From the IMG/VR virus record IMGVR_UViG_3300027798_000038, positions 5,157 to 69,156 of that record: DNA of 64,000 bases. One strand, given 5' to 3'. The notes beneath the pieces are model-generated. The model saw nothing but the letters and a program-made list of their open reading frames with translations, was not told the DNA's origin and searched no databases. Below are positions 37,362 to 50,200 of this stretch, one piece after another. The translations under genes were made by a program, and so were the position numbers. The stretch is from a virus. The first letter of the stretch is position 1, and the number at the start of each line of letters is the position of its first letter.

Positions 37362-39482
37362 TTAGACCCTGCCGACAACAACTTCAATAAAACCTTCAAT
37401 TCCATCAAAGTTTTCTAGGGCTTTACCAATAATTGTGCCAATCTTAGGGTCTAGTGTAGGGCGAGCATATCCGCTTCCACCACTAACTAGCATATCACCT
37501 TTGCGTATTGTTCCACGGACTTTGCAAGGCACACGACCCTGTAACGCCACAGCAACAACATTACTTCCTGTTAATTCACTGTTCATTAAGTATGCTGGAT
37601 TTGTTGACACAATTCCAGCTACTCTACGTGTTTCATCTTCAGCAACAGTGACTTCGAAATCTCCGCCAAATTCTAAAACAGTTCCTGGCTCATATTGCTG
37701 GTCAGCAACATAATTTTCTGCTAAGTCAGCATATCTTGCCGATGTAGCTGTACCAATAAATGAGCCTGTTGTGATAAAATTGTTGGCTCCTGCATCTAAG
37801 TCTTTGTTGATGTTCCATTTATTGCCGGATACTGTATACGTAAATGTTGCTCCGGCACCATCAATTTCAAATCCAGCACCGTTTGCTGCTGCCGGTGTTG
37901 CAGCGCCTTTGGCCAATGTTACTAACAAGTCTTGAATTGCGGTTTGTGTTGAATTAATTGTTGTTACAGAACCCTGAACTGTAAAATTTCCAGCTACTAC
38001 TAAATTGCTTGAAACTGTTACAGTATTGGTTCCAGTGGTACTAGGCAAAATCGTATCAGTTTTTGTAGTTATTGCATCCGAAGTGGATGAATATACTGTA
38101 TTGAATCTATTAGACTTAGCGGCAAGATTCCACTGTCCGTTTGGATAGACAGTTGGATTAGTATCGTCACCGCCGTAAGCATCGTCGCCAGGTCTAATAT
38201 TGATTGCCGAATACCCACTAATAGATACGTTGTCGGCCACGCTGATTTGAAAATCTTGAGTTGTAATAATCTTCGATATAGAATCTTGGATTAACAATTG
38301 ATAATCATTAGAAGATCCAAGTGTTATTCCCGACGAAGCAACTCTTAAAGAATTTAATGTTCCTACTGTGGTCAACGACGATTCGATCACTGATAAATTT
38401 AGTCGAGTGCCCGTTAATGTATTTGCATCTGCTGGAATTGTAATATTTGCGGTGCCATCAAATCCAACATCATTAATAGTACGAACCGAAGATAGTCTAT
38501 CTGCTGAAAATGCATTTCCTGCCAATGATGATCCAATAACTGTATTTGCTTGAATGATGTCAAATGTACTGGTAGATCCGGCAGGAGCAACTACTTTGCC
38601 TTTTAATGTTGTCGCTTCTACTGTTGTTGCTGCAACGGTAACTGCTGAAAATCCGCCGGCTGCATCTCTTGCAACAATTTTGCCAGCACGTGAATCTGGA
38701 CCAGCATCAACTGACCATGTTCTTGAAACTGCACCATCAAAATTGCCGCCTACAAGATACTCGCCTCGTGTTAGAGTACCAACTGTTGACGATTTAATAG
38801 TTATATTGTTTTCGCCTGTGAATAAGAATCCGTTAATAGTAGGAGTGTTTTTAAGTGAAGTTGCTGTGTCAGCATTTCCTTTTAAATTTCCATGAACAAA
38901 CGATCCGTCTTTAATATTGAGGCCGGACTCAAGCAAACTAAATCCAGGAATTTCCGACGTTGCATCTATTGTATATCGTTCGTTTGAAAAGATTGCTTCT
39001 ACTACACCATCAATATTGATAGCTAGTACTGGATGTTTTAATGTATTGTTGTCAGTGAGCTCTAGTGCTTCTGTTTGAGTTGAATCATATCCTGCAACAC
39101 CTTCGGGGCCTATTACTTTCCACCCGCCATCATTGAATACACTCAATTGTTTAATGGCAGAATTAAACCAAAAATCTCCATCAGTAGCTGCCACCGGTGT
39201 AGTTGTTGATACGTTTGCCGAAGCTGCCGATTTCCAATTAGCACCGTCATATAGTTTTAAAGAATTTGTTGCATTATTATACCAAAGCTGGCCCGACAAC
39301 GGACGGATAGGAGGAGCCGAATTAGAAAAGTTTTCTAATAAGTAAACAAAATTTTCATTTTGCACACTACCGTATCCGGTATAATTTCGACCAATGAGAT
39401 TAACGCTGGTTGAGTTGTCTAAGACGCCGTCTTCTAAGACTACTATCTGACTTCCATTGTATCTATTAAGTACATATGACAT
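37362..39482 (-). CDS. Tail fibre/spike with a C-terminal intramolecular chaperone-like domain
   Basis: Shared N-terminal module; fibre repeats (INGFLFTGENNITI, INDVGFDGTANITI); RYADLAENY...ALQGRVPC. Confidence 0.75.
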   Translation of the reverse strand: MSYVLNRYNGSQIVVLEDGVLDNSTSVNLIGRNYTGYGSVQNENFVYLLENFSNSAPPIRPLSGQLWYNNATNSLKLYDGANWKSAASANVSTTTPVAATDGDFWFNSAIKQLSVFNDGGWKVIGPEGVAGYDSTQTEALELTDNNTLKHPVLAINIDGVVEAIFSNERYTIDATSEIPGFSLLESGLNIKDGSFVHGNLKGNADTATSLKNTPTINGFLFTGENNITIKSSTVGTLTRGEYLVGGNFDGAVSRTWSVDAGPDSRAGKIVARDAAGGFSAVTVAATTVEATTLKGKVVAPAGSTSTFDIIQANTVIGSSLAGNAFSADRLSSVRTINDVGFDGTANITIPADANTLTGTRLNLSVIESSLTTVGTLNSLRVASSGITLGSSNDYQLLIQDSISKIITTQDFQISVADNVSISGYSAINIRPGDDAYGGDDTNPTVYPNGQWNLAAKSNRFNTVYSSTSDAITTKTDTILPSTTGTNTVTVSSNLVVAGNFTVQGSVTTINSTQTAIQDLLVTLAKGAATPAAANGAGFEIDGAGATFTYTVSGNKWNINKDLDAGANNFITTGSFIGTATSARYADLAENYVADQQYEPGTVLEFGGDFEVTVAEDETRRVAGIVSTNPAYLMNSELTGSNVVAVALQGRVPCKVRGTIRKGDMLVSGGSGYARPTLDPKIGTIIGKALENFDGIEGFIEVVVGRV

Positions 39483-39508
39483 TTAAATCGCCCCTAAAAT
39501 ATTGTGCA

Positions 39509-41422
39509 TCATGATGGAACCCGCCATATTCCGGTTTGCAGTTGGAAAACCTTGACGGTTCTAAATACTGAGAATGTTGGTGGCGGTACGGTTACCGGAG
39601 TAAAGCTAACATTGTTAACTCCAAATGATGTGCCGCCAGGAGTTGCAGACCCAGGAGTAAGTGGGGTTATAAATTCTGTTGTGCTAGTTCCAAGATATGT
39701 GTTCAAATTAACTGTAGATGCACTATTTGATAATGATGTACATAGTATTCGTGCAACTGTGCCTTCTTCGTATTCAGTAGGAGGTGCCACTTGAGTCAAC
39801 CATGATGCAATACCAAAATCCGAAATTGCATCTGAAGTGTCCATGCTGAATACAATATTTCTACGACCAATTGTTGAGTCTACATAGTTCTTTGTTGCAG
39901 CATCTTGCAGTGCTAATGGATCGCCCATGCCAGTAATTCTTGGTCTACCCACTTCAATTTGATCAATATATCGATCACCGGTAACTTGTTTTAATGCAAT
40001 ATTTCCAAGACCGTTAGGAGCAATCTCAATGTCTCTGTTTGAATCAAGTGTAGAAATACGATTTCTATCAAGACGCATATACGGGGTTGGACTGTTGCCT
40101 GAAGGTGTCAACGGAGGGCCGCCAAGGTTGTTGTCATCTGGTAATACCGGGCCAACCACTAACTTAGACTGTGTACCGAAAGAAGTTACACCTGGAATAC
40201 TAGTAATATTCGATCCTAGTGCTGTAGACGAAATAACTTCAACACCGTTGATTGCAAAATATTTAGATCCTACTAAGTTAATGTGGTCATTAACATTCCA
40301 TGCTGTTCCTAATTGTGGCAACGACACACCGTTATTTTTCCAAACAATTGTATGGTTGGTTAACCCCTTTAATGTGATACCACCGCCGTCAGCATCGGCA
40401 TTTGTTGTTGCACCAGATGCTAACTCTATATTTTTATCTTCAATTGAAAGATTTGATGTATTAACAGTGGTAGTGTCACCTTGTATTGTTATATTTCCTA
40501 CTACCGTTAAATTTCCGCCAATAAGTATTTCGCTTGTAAGATTAGTTGGATATAACCCCAGCGACTGGCTAACTGAATTAATAACAATCGCCGAATCAAC
40601 TGCGGCACCACGTTTGACTTTGATGGAGATATTTTTATTTTCTGAATCATTTAAAAACGTAATATCTCCGCTGTCTACGTAAATTTGTGCCTGCTGCGCA
40701 TCTCCAATAGCAATTCCACTATTTGATGTAATTGCTAGTTGACCGTTCATGATGTTATCAGTGTCACGTCTTAGATAAGAAGCAGCTGGCTGATTACCTA
40801 ATGCATCAGCATTTGTCGAAGTTACATTAAATTTAAATCCGCTAATTGTACCAGCATTAAAACCAGGTATAATACTTCCACTAAATCCGCCAATTGCTCC
40901 CTTTGGAGTAAATGCATCTTTTGAAAAAATTCCCAATAATGTTCCATTGTCATACAATGAAGTAATAACTCGATTTTGATTCAAAGAATCTAAAATATTT
41001 GAAACAACTAATCCACTGCGCCCTTGGCCAGCAGTGTATGACGGTCCTAATAAAATTGTATTTGTGCCATCATAGAAAAACAATTGCTTGTTAACATTGT
41101 CAAACCATAAGTCGCCAACACCTAATGTTGTAGGTTGTAAATTGGCAATTGTTGCTGAACTAACTGGAACAAATCCCAATCCATTATATACTTTAAGTTT
41201 TGACTCTGAAGAGTCAAACCATATTTGGCCTTTAGTTGGACGAGCTGGAGCAGAGGTGCTGGAAAAATTTTCTAATAATTTAACAAAATTTTCGTTTAGT
41301 GATTCACCAAATCCACTGTAATTTTTACCAACAAGTGTCAGGTCGGACGAAAGCTGGTCAAGCTGTCCGTCTGCCACTGTTGCTAGTATACTTCCATCTG
41401 TTTTGTTTATAGTATAAGACAT
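39509..41422 (-). CDS. Tail fibre-like protein
   Basis: Shared N-terminal module; DAATKNYVD fibre motif. Confidence 0.72.
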   Translation of the reverse strand: MSYTINKTDGSILATVADGQLDQLSSDLTLVGKNYSGFGESLNENFVKLLENFSSTSAPARPTKGQIWFDSSESKLKVYNGLGFVPVSSATIANLQPTTLGVGDLWFDNVNKQLFFYDGTNTILLGPSYTAGQGRSGLVVSNILDSLNQNRVITSLYDNGTLLGIFSKDAFTPKGAIGGFSGSIIPGFNAGTISGFKFNVTSTNADALGNQPAASYLRRDTDNIMNGQLAITSNSGIAIGDAQQAQIYVDSGDITFLNDSENKNISIKVKRGAAVDSAIVINSVSQSLGLYPTNLTSEILIGGNLTVVGNITIQGDTTTVNTSNLSIEDKNIELASGATTNADADGGGITLKGLTNHTIVWKNNGVSLPQLGTAWNVNDHINLVGSKYFAINGVEVISSTALGSNITSIPGVTSFGTQSKLVVGPVLPDDNNLGGPPLTPSGNSPTPYMRLDRNRISTLDSNRDIEIAPNGLGNIALKQVTGDRYIDQIEVGRPRITGMGDPLALQDAATKNYVDSTIGRRNIVFSMDTSDAISDFGIASWLTQVAPPTEYEEGTVARILCTSLSNSASTVNLNTYLGTSTTEFITPLTPGSATPGGTSFGVNNVSFTPVTVPPPTFSVFRTVKVFQLQTGIWRVPS

Positions 41423-41436
41423 AGTTTATTCCGTTA

Positions 41437-43527
41437 TTAGAAAGCCGGAGGGCCTGATCTAATGATATAATTAATTGTTAGATATGGATTTAAAATACTA
41501 AATTCCGAACCCAACGTTGCTGTAGTTTTAATTCCGCCTGTTGTGTTTAAATATTGAGCTTGTCCAACAGAAGTAGGTCCAGGCCCAGTTCCGGGGCTAG
41601 TGCCTGGAACGGTTGTGCTATCTAATCTAACAACTGTGTATTGTTTGGTTGGCTGATCAATCGGTGTTAGGCTGTGTTCGTGTTGCGGCAAGTTTCTAAC
41701 TTCTAAAGAGTTAGTTGCAGCACCAGCACTACCGCCTAATGTAGTTCCATCAGTTCCTGGAATTCTACCAATTCCTCCGCCTCCAGCATCTACAAATCCA
41801 CCGCCGCCGCCGGCATTTGGTACTTCAGTACCATTATCCATGCTGTCGCGTCCTAACGGAAATCTTCCTCGTAGGTCTGGAATTTTAAATGTATTAACAC
41901 CCCGAGACGGAACTCCGTAACTATTTCCAATTACGTCAAACAGATCTTGGTATTTTACTTTTTCTTGCTCGCTACCGTCACACAACAAGTATCCAGACGG
42001 TACATTCAATCCAGCAAAAGGCATTATTGCTCCGATAGGAACGCCTAGGTCTGCAACAAATACATCACGAGATTCTTTTAATAATCCAGTGCCTGGTCGA
42101 TAAACTAAAACTTGATCGTCGGGTGTTGAAGTATTTGGTGTTGGTTCGATTTGTGAATCAATAATGTTTGCAGTTAACCTAGTATCAAATATTTTTGTGC
42201 GACCTTCGAACGAACCATCAAACTGGATAACGTTTGATTCAACTTGCCCGGTCAACTGAAAAGTTGTTTTTTCTCTTAAGTTAGTAGCAGTTCTAGCATT
42301 TCCTGCAACGTCTCCGTCAAGAACACCTTTTAAATAACCTGCATTAATTGTTTCAGCATATATGTTATTCCACTTAAGAGTCGATGCTCCTAAATCATAC
42401 AATGTTGTTGATTTAGGCACAACTGAACGTAAAGTTGTTGTTCCGCCAGCTTCTAAATTTGTACCAACTAATAAATTTTTTGCAATTGCTACGCCACCTT
42501 GTGTAGCAAAACTACCGGTGGTAAAACTGGTAGTTTGATCAGTTCCTGAAATTCTGATATTACCAGTTACAGCAATGTTACCATCAATGTCTAGTGCCAC
42601 TTGAGGTGACAACACGTTAATACCAACTTTATTACCAATAACTCTTAAAGTAGTACTAGCACTTCCTTCTGCATTAACTTGTAGATCTATACTGCTGCCA
42701 GGAGTTGCATTATATATTGAGGAAGAAGTTATGGATGTGGTTAATCTAAATGTGCCATCAACACCCAACGCTATACCAGAATTATTTCTAATATTTAAAC
42801 CGTATTCTGTAGTATTAACTACATCAGATCTTAAAAACTTAGACGATGCAATTTCAATTCCAGCAATAGTTAATGCATCGGAACTTTGAGCCGTTCCGTA
42901 TAGTTTTGCTATTGCTAAAGAATTTCCAATCCCGGTTGAATTGATATTCATACCAGTCTTAATAATAGTAAATCCATTTATATTAATTTTAGGTATGAAT
43001 GTATCTTTACTAATAATTGCTACAGGAATCTCGTCTGATAAAAATTTAATAACGTTACGAGGAATACCGTCGGTGTCATTAATTGTTTCAACTACTGTTC
43101 CGGTCCTTAGACCATTTTCAGTACTAAATTGCGGACCTACTAGTACCCAAGTCTTTCCGGACCAAACATATAATTGTTGTTTAATTGTGTCAACCCAGAT
43201 TTCACCAACTTTATCTTCAGATATATTAGGAGCAGTTGGCGACTTTTGAATATTACCGGCTGCTTTCCACCCGTTGTCGCCGGTACCGTCATTGATCATT
43301 AGTGTACCGTTGGTAGTATCATACCATAACTGGCCTTCTACTGAGTTTGGTGGCTTGTTTGCTCCGGCAAAATTTTCTAAAAGGTGTAGGAAATTTTCAG
43401 CGATAATTTGACCATACCCGGTAACGTTACGTCCAGGAAATTTTAAGTCAGTGCTTTCGTCAGTAACATTATCATATACTGTAATTGGTGTTGTTGTTTT
43501 ATCTGTAAAATTTACGTTATATGGCAT
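41437..43527 (-). CDS. Short tail fibre-like protein with a tail-collar domain
   Basis: Shared N-terminal module; VPIGAIMPFAG...GYLLCDG...LFDVIG..YG...FKIPDLRGRFPLG...LPQHEH...NPYLTINYII. Confidence 0.85.
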   Translation of the reverse strand: MPYNVNFTDKTTTPITVYDNVTDESTDLKFPGRNVTGYGQIIAENFLHLLENFAGANKPPNSVEGQLWYDTTNGTLMINDGTGDNGWKAAGNIQKSPTAPNISEDKVGEIWVDTIKQQLYVWSGKTWVLVGPQFSTENGLRTGTVVETINDTDGIPRNVIKFLSDEIPVAIISKDTFIPKININGFTIIKTGMNINSTGIGNSLAIAKLYGTAQSSDALTIAGIEIASSKFLRSDVVNTTEYGLNIRNNSGIALGVDGTFRLTTSITSSSIYNATPGSSIDLQVNAEGSASTTLRVIGNKVGINVLSPQVALDIDGNIAVTGNIRISGTDQTTSFTTGSFATQGGVAIAKNLLVGTNLEAGGTTTLRSVVPKSTTLYDLGASTLKWNNIYAETINAGYLKGVLDGDVAGNARTATNLREKTTFQLTGQVESNVIQFDGSFEGRTKIFDTRLTANIIDSQIEPTPNTSTPDDQVLVYRPGTGLLKESRDVFVADLGVPIGAIMPFAGLNVPSGYLLCDGSEQEKVKYQDLFDVIGNSYGVPSRGVNTFKIPDLRGRFPLGRDSMDNGTEVPNAGGGGGFVDAGGGGIGRIPGTDGTTLGGSAGAATNSLEVRNLPQHEHSLTPIDQPTKQYTVVRLDSTTVPGTSPGTGPGPTSVGQAQYLNTTGGIKTTATLGSEFSILNPYLTINYIIRSGPPAF

Positions 43528-43529
43528 GA

Positions 43530-44177
43530 TTATACCTCATTAAAACCAGTTAAGCTCTGGATACGGATTGTATAATCAATCTGTAGTAATCTGTTTAAAG
43601 ATTTCTGTACAGGGTGAAAAATAACGTGTGTCAATAATTTACCATCACCGTCCGGGTTGTAACTTTTAAGCCCAAGCTCATCAAATACAAAACTACCATT
43701 CATGTCCTGACTGTTATCAAATGCATCTTGACCGTCTGGCTCACCGTAATCTAATAAACAACTAACAATAATATCACTGTAGGTTGCGCCGCTGACATGC
43801 CTAATTTCCATTTTGTTTCTTACAGGATCAGTATTTTGTGCAGAATTCTGATCAACAATTTTTTGATATGTTTGATTGTAAAGACTAGAATTGACTCCCA
43901 CGGTGTTAGGAGTAAGATAAGAAATAAGTCCTGTCGGGTCAACTATAGTGCCACCCGTACCAAAAGCCATTTGATAAATTGTTCCTTGGCCTTGATTGGA
44001 CAAGCTGTTTACCATTGCAACACTCATGTTTTCATAGTGAATGGCGTTTCGTTTATCAACAAAAACTTCTTTAGTTGTAGGATCAAATATTTTAATATGT
44101 CCTTCAAAATGAAATCCACCGTTCTCGTGGGGTTTTTGTTCTGGTTTGTCGTTAGTTTGATTCTGTTTTTGTTCCAT
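43530..44177 (-). CDS. Probable baseplate/fibre-attachment protein
   Basis: Lies between the wedge gene and the fibre genes; FVFDELGL...FHPVQKS...IDYTIRI; ATG at 44177 follows GGAG (ORF track starts at 44198). Confidence 0.55.
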   Translation of the reverse strand: MEQKQNQTNDKPEQKPHENGGFHFEGHIKIFDPTTKEVFVDKRNAIHYENMSVAMVNSLSNQGQGTIYQMAFGTGGTIVDPTGLISYLTPNTVGVNSSLYNQTYQKIVDQNSAQNTDPVRNKMEIRHVSGATYSDIIVSCLLDYGEPDGQDAFDNSQDMNGSFVFDELGLKSYNPDGDGKLLTHVIFHPVQKSLNRLLQIDYTIRIQSLTGFNEV

Positions 44178-44202
44178 TTTGAGCTCTTTTTTCTCCATAT
44201 AC

Positions 44203-44210
44203 TATTTATT
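44203..44210 (-). promoter_or_regulatory. Late promoter-like box
   Basis: AATAAATA on the - strand overlapping the upstream stop codon. Confidence 0.55.
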
Positions 44211-47200
44211 CGGGCAATTCAGTTGGCTTTTGATCTATGAATTTTGCAATTGGATTATCATTATTAAGTAATGTAATACCTGTACTAGCTGTTGTCTCGG
44301 CACGGTCATACCATATTCTGCCAACTTTTCTAATTATTAATATTCTAGTTCCAGCTGCTACTGGTTGAGTTAATCTGATATAAGGCATTATTCCATCAAC
44401 TGAAAATTCAGGATCTAATACTGTAGTTCCTAATGGTCCTTGAGTTTCGTCAAAAACCTGGAGTGAATCTTTACGTAGTCGTCTGCCGCCAGCAAATATT
44501 TCAAGTTGATCAGACATTCCAAAGTCAATTGATATATCTCCGCGAACCGTAAATTCTCGATCGGCTTTAACAGGTATATATTCTAACGGACCTATTATTA
44601 AAGAAGTAACACCAATAACATCATTTGTTTGAAGCGCAGCTCCTGTATTACCAATTATCTTTATGAATCCGCCTTGAGATGCATTGACATCTGGAATTAA
44701 CTCAAAATCTGCTTCAGGTATTTTTACGTTGTTTACTGTCACAATTAAATTGAATTTGTCGCCATTGCCAAATTCCTCAGTAGTTGGTAATTCAAAAGTT
44801 GTGCTATCGTCATGGACAAATAATTTTGCTCCCGGACTATAGAAGTTAGCTTTTTCTTGATTATCTGAATAAGCAATGATATCCGAAGGTCCGGCATTAG
44901 ATACTGCTGTTCCTACAGGGTATACTTGGCCAATACCAGTTCCTAAACTTCCTCGTCTTAATTGTCCTAAAACATTTCCGGTTTTTGTTAGATACTCAAT
45001 TCTTTCATTATTAATAATGACTGTACCTGAAATATTTCTTAATGGTATAGGAGCATCCACCAACGATCCATCATTTACAGTAATTGTGGTATCATAATAT
45101 CTTAACTCAACAGCTAATGTAACTTCTCCAATAGAGTATCTACTGTAATGTGTTACATTTAACATATCTTTAAAAATTTCAAAGGCACGTGGATCTTTAT
45201 AAATTTGATTTCCAAACTGTAATAGTTCTACAATGTCGTTTGTTGTTGTAGGCACAGTTAGGTAGACAGCATTTTGATTAGATTTAACATAGAACTCGAT
45301 TCCTCTAATAAGTCTTTCACCGTTTACATACACCCATACATAATTATCATCTAAAACTTTCCGAGATAATCTATATAATACCTTTCCGCCTGTTGCTGAA
45401 TCAGAAACAATGTTAAATGTTGGATATTCACTGAACCAAGTAACATCAAGTTTATCTCCAACTGTCAGTGCTACTGTTGAATCAATAACTAAATTATTGT
45501 TTGCTTCTATACTATACTGCGCACCAAGAATAACTTCAACTTTAATAATATCTTGCAAAGTTAAAAAAGTCGGGTTAACTGTTACAATCTTAGAAGTACC
45601 AGTGTAAATGTATGCAGTTACGAACGGTTGTAAAATATTATTAATGTAAACTTTGATATCAACTGCGGTAATGACAGCAAGAGGATCTACACCGATCGGT
45701 ATTGCATTATTAGTGCCATCATATATCACATAGTATGTGTCCGGGCCTTGAAGTTTTTTATTGTTCAATGTAACAATCATCGATGTTGCTGCCGAACTTC
45801 TAGACAAATCTACAAATCTATCAAGTGCAAATGTAGCAGATCCATTGTAGATAAATGATTGATTGTTTACCTGAATAATCGATTGATTGCTACTATCAGC
45901 GTTCAGGGCTGTATTAAGCGCAACAATTTTTATTACTTGATTTTTTTCTGGGTTTATTGCAAATTTAATAATTGTTTTTTCAGGAATAATGTCTGCACCA
46001 GTTTCTTCTGAAACTACAGTACTGTTAGTAAACCCAGTATCAACTTGTCGACCATTGACTGTAACAAACACTGATTGAGTTAAATTGTAATCTGCTTGCG
46101 TTAAAAACAATGATGTATCGCCGTCGGCAATAAATTCTTGATAATCAATTAACGATGCGCCACCACGGCCAATAGCAATAATCTCTACGACCGCGCCCAA
46201 GGTTGGGGCAGAGTAAAACACAATTTCATTACTAACAAAATCAATGTAATAGTCAAGAGTACTGTCATCGTTAACTCCGTAATATCTATATTTTAGTTTG
46301 TCTACATAGACTAATACAGACGTTTCCTCAATCACAGTTAACCCAATTGGGAACCGACGAGTGGTACCGTCTCCTGGAATTACAGTATTTTGCATTGGGG
46401 CTGCTCCAGATATTGTTGTCTGGAATACCTTAATACTTAGACTATCTAAAACCTGTCCTGGAACATTTTCTTCGGTTGCCGGAGTTTGTTCTGGACTTAT
46501 AAAAGTATCGCCGTCGATAACTATTTCTTCTGGTGTCTTACCCCTAGCTATAGAATAAATTCCATCAATTGTGTTTGGAGCGGTTTTAACATTAGTTGTA
46601 TTACTTTCAAAATTTCCGCCAATTAGATTTGTATCTACTAGATTAGGATCGTTAATAACAATAGAACCGTCACTAGTAAATGGTCTAAAAATTAGTGTGT
46701 CGCCGCCTTGAAGTATAATATACTGGCGCATCGGAACTGCAAAAGTGCTACCGTCTCCAGTAAAGCTAGGCATTATTGAAGTGGTCGGTCTAACTGTTAG
46801 TCCGTTGGCTTGAGTCGTTGACCCGTCATATAAATCATAGTAAGGATCATCAAGTCTGTCTGTTTTTCCGTCACGTTTTAGATATATTGAAATACGTTGT
46901 CCAACACTAGGAACATACGGCAATTCAATATCAAATAACGACGAAGACCCATCAATCACTACATAATAATCTGAAGTTGCATCGATACTGTCCCAACTGT
47001 CAGTAAACCACGGAAGCGCATCCCAACCTCCAGTAATTTCAAACGTTGTACCTTGTACTTGCACTCCGCCAAAATCAATGCCGGTCATTAACTGACCTAA
47101 GTCATTACCGATCATTCCGGATGTAGGATAATAATATTTTTGTACTCGATTAACTCCGTCAAGTAACTCTTCGTTTTTGTCGTAGACAATGTTAATAATG

Positions 47201-50200
47201 TCACCTACTACAGACGGTGTAGTTAGAATTAATCGGCCTTTTAATAAACTATAAGAATCTACTGTAGATCTATAAAAATGTAAAGAATACTCAGAGTTCA
47301 ATACTAATTGAGAATTTTTATATATTTGAATCTTACTTTTATCTCTAGTTGGAGCATACTCTAGATCAAATGACGCAGTAGCACTAGTTGCTGTGAATGT
47401 TTGTTCGTGTGTAAAATTTTGAAATATTCCATCTTTAGAAATTCTGTCAAACTTTAACAATAGGTTAAACATTCTAGCTTTACTGTCTCCTAAAATTGCA
47501 ACAGCCTTGGCAATTTCTAAAGAAGATCCGTTGCCGCCAACAAGAGTAACTTTTGGTGTTAGCGTGTATCCACTGCCTGGTTCAGTTACAACGATTCCAG
47601 ATACTTTTCCACTAGCAATATATGCTTTTGCTTTGGCACCTATTCCGTTGCCTTCAATTAATACTGTTGGCGGTGCTGAATAATTAGCACCAGATTCCGA
47701 TACTTCTATTTTTGTAATTGAGAATCCCTGATTGTCTGCCCAGAATTTCCAAGGATATTGATCAAACAAATTGTATCCTTGACCAACCGGAAGAATTTTT
47801 CCATCTCTTGTAGAATACGCTGGTGGTAAATCAAAGTCAATTGCAGTTGTGTTAGACGGTTCAATAAAATTATAACGACTCGTATATTCTCTAATAGAAG
47901 TTCTATATGGTTTTATTTCTTCTAAGTATGACTGGAACGCTGGAAGATTATCATTTTTGTAGTTTACTTTTTGTTCTAAACTTCCAACATTGTGCATGGC
48001 ATTTATAAAACTTGTTTTAAACGCCCAGTTGATTGTTTCTTGTTCAGAGAACGTGTAGTGAATCGAAGTAAAAAATAATTTATTCCACTCAACACGAAGA
48101 TTATCGATAAACAAATCATTTTTAACAGCTGATAGAATATTCCGTAGTTCAGCTGTTGGATAGAGATCATATAAGTCAATATCGTAGAATCCAACATTAT
48201 CGTATCCAATGGATGCAGTAGATGTGTTATATAGACTATCTTTAAGCGCAATAGTTCCGTTGTTTCTGCCTACTAAAATATAATCTCCAAGAATAGTTCC
48301 GGTGCCTGCTGTAACTTTTTCAAGGACTGCCCACCCACCGTTTCCGTATTCATTAATTTTGATTAGATCGCCAATCGCAGTAGTTAACGTTGGCTCGAGA
48401 TATATCGAAGCAATTTCGTAAATAATTCTTGAATTTTCAGTATATCCGGTTGACCACCAATCAACATAATACCAATAGCTAGGTGTATTGTAGCCTTGAG
48501 ATTTTCTTCGATAAAATACTTTACGTTGTTGATCCCACGAATATATAGCCCAGAACCCATTGATACTTGAATCTGATTTTACTAATACAGAATAATTTCT
48601 TATTTTTACAAGGGCATTATCATATCGTCTGCCACGAGTAATTATATTAACAGATGTAACTCTACCCTGAGAGTCAAGTGTAACCGATGCTTGCGCACCA
48701 ACTCCTGATCCGTCTATTGTAATATACGGAGCATTTTTGTAACCAAATCCACCGTCTTCAATATCAATACTATCAATTTCACCATTAATAATATTGGCAG
48801 TTAGTACTGCTTGACGAACTCGAGTAATAGGATACTGTGCTAAATCTGTTAAATTATCAACCTCATAATCATATTCATTTAATTTTTCACTCGGTAAAGA
48901 ATCTGTAAGATTTAAATTTCTAAAACTTAACGTGTCAGCAAATGGACTTTGCAATAATATAGTATTAATATTATCAACAACTATTTTTAAAATTTTTGTT
49001 TTATTTTTAAACATAGACTGTCTTGGTCTAAAACTTAGACCATATTTTTCACGTTCTGATAATTTTGAATCTGGTACAGGGTTGCCTGCTTGATCAAACC
49101 CTACTAAACTATCTATCCATTTAGTTTCTAACACATCATTTGGTAAGCTATCTGCTACTCCCTCAGATAATAAAATATATTCTCTATGAATTGGGTTAGT
49201 TGTTGTTTCGTTGACAAATAGTTCGATGTTTAAAAGCCCAGATCCCGAAGGCAAATATCCATTAAAATTGTAAGCTAACAACTTATCGCTATCAACTATT
49301 GCAATGACTGGGACTCCGATTGAGCTTGGGTTAGAAATTAATGCCGCAACTGCGGCAGCAGAAATATTTCTACCTGGAATATTTTCAGGGACAACTGACG
49401 AGCTCCGAACCCAATAATAATATTTTGTTTCTGTTAATTGTTGTGTTATTGGATTATAGATTTCTTTTACAGAATACACATCGTTGTTTGGATACAGTGG
49501 TTGCCCTGAAATACCGTTTGATAATCCGTCAATAGTATCAGCTAGCGCACTCCATTCTGACGGTAACAGTATGGACTCAACCCACTCATAGACATCAATG
49601 CTTGCGCCTGGAGCGAGTTGATTCCAATTTCCTACACGATATGCAAACTCGCCTTGTTCATAAGTTAACCATTTAGCTGTAGATAAATTCCACCATAACT
49701 TACCTACGTTGGCTTCAAACCAGGACGAGTCCGGAGACACTATTTGAGAATCAGTGCCGGTAGTATATATTGCCGGATCGTACGGAGTTTTAAATTTTAA
49801 CTCTTGTTCTGCTATACCTAATATCTTTAATTTGGCATGATCAACAACATCAACATCAGCCAGTTTAACATTTTTAATATTGTCTATTAACGAAATATTT
49901 TTAATTTTAGAATAATCTATTAATTGCTGTTGTTGAGCAATAATTGTTAAAGAATTTTTTCCAGGTAGTTTTGAAAATGTTCTTACTATACCTATTAAGT
50001 TAACGGTAGAAGCAGTACCTGTTCCTTGAACAGCAGTACCGGTACCTGTGCCTATGCTAGATGCAACAAATACAGTACCTGGTTCGTTATCTTGAGCGCC
50101 GGCCAACACAAAGGACGTAGATCCTGTAGTATTGATAGTGTAAGTCTTTCCAAGAATAAAGTTTCCGGCAGCAGTTATTCCGTTTGCCGTTGCCACAAAA

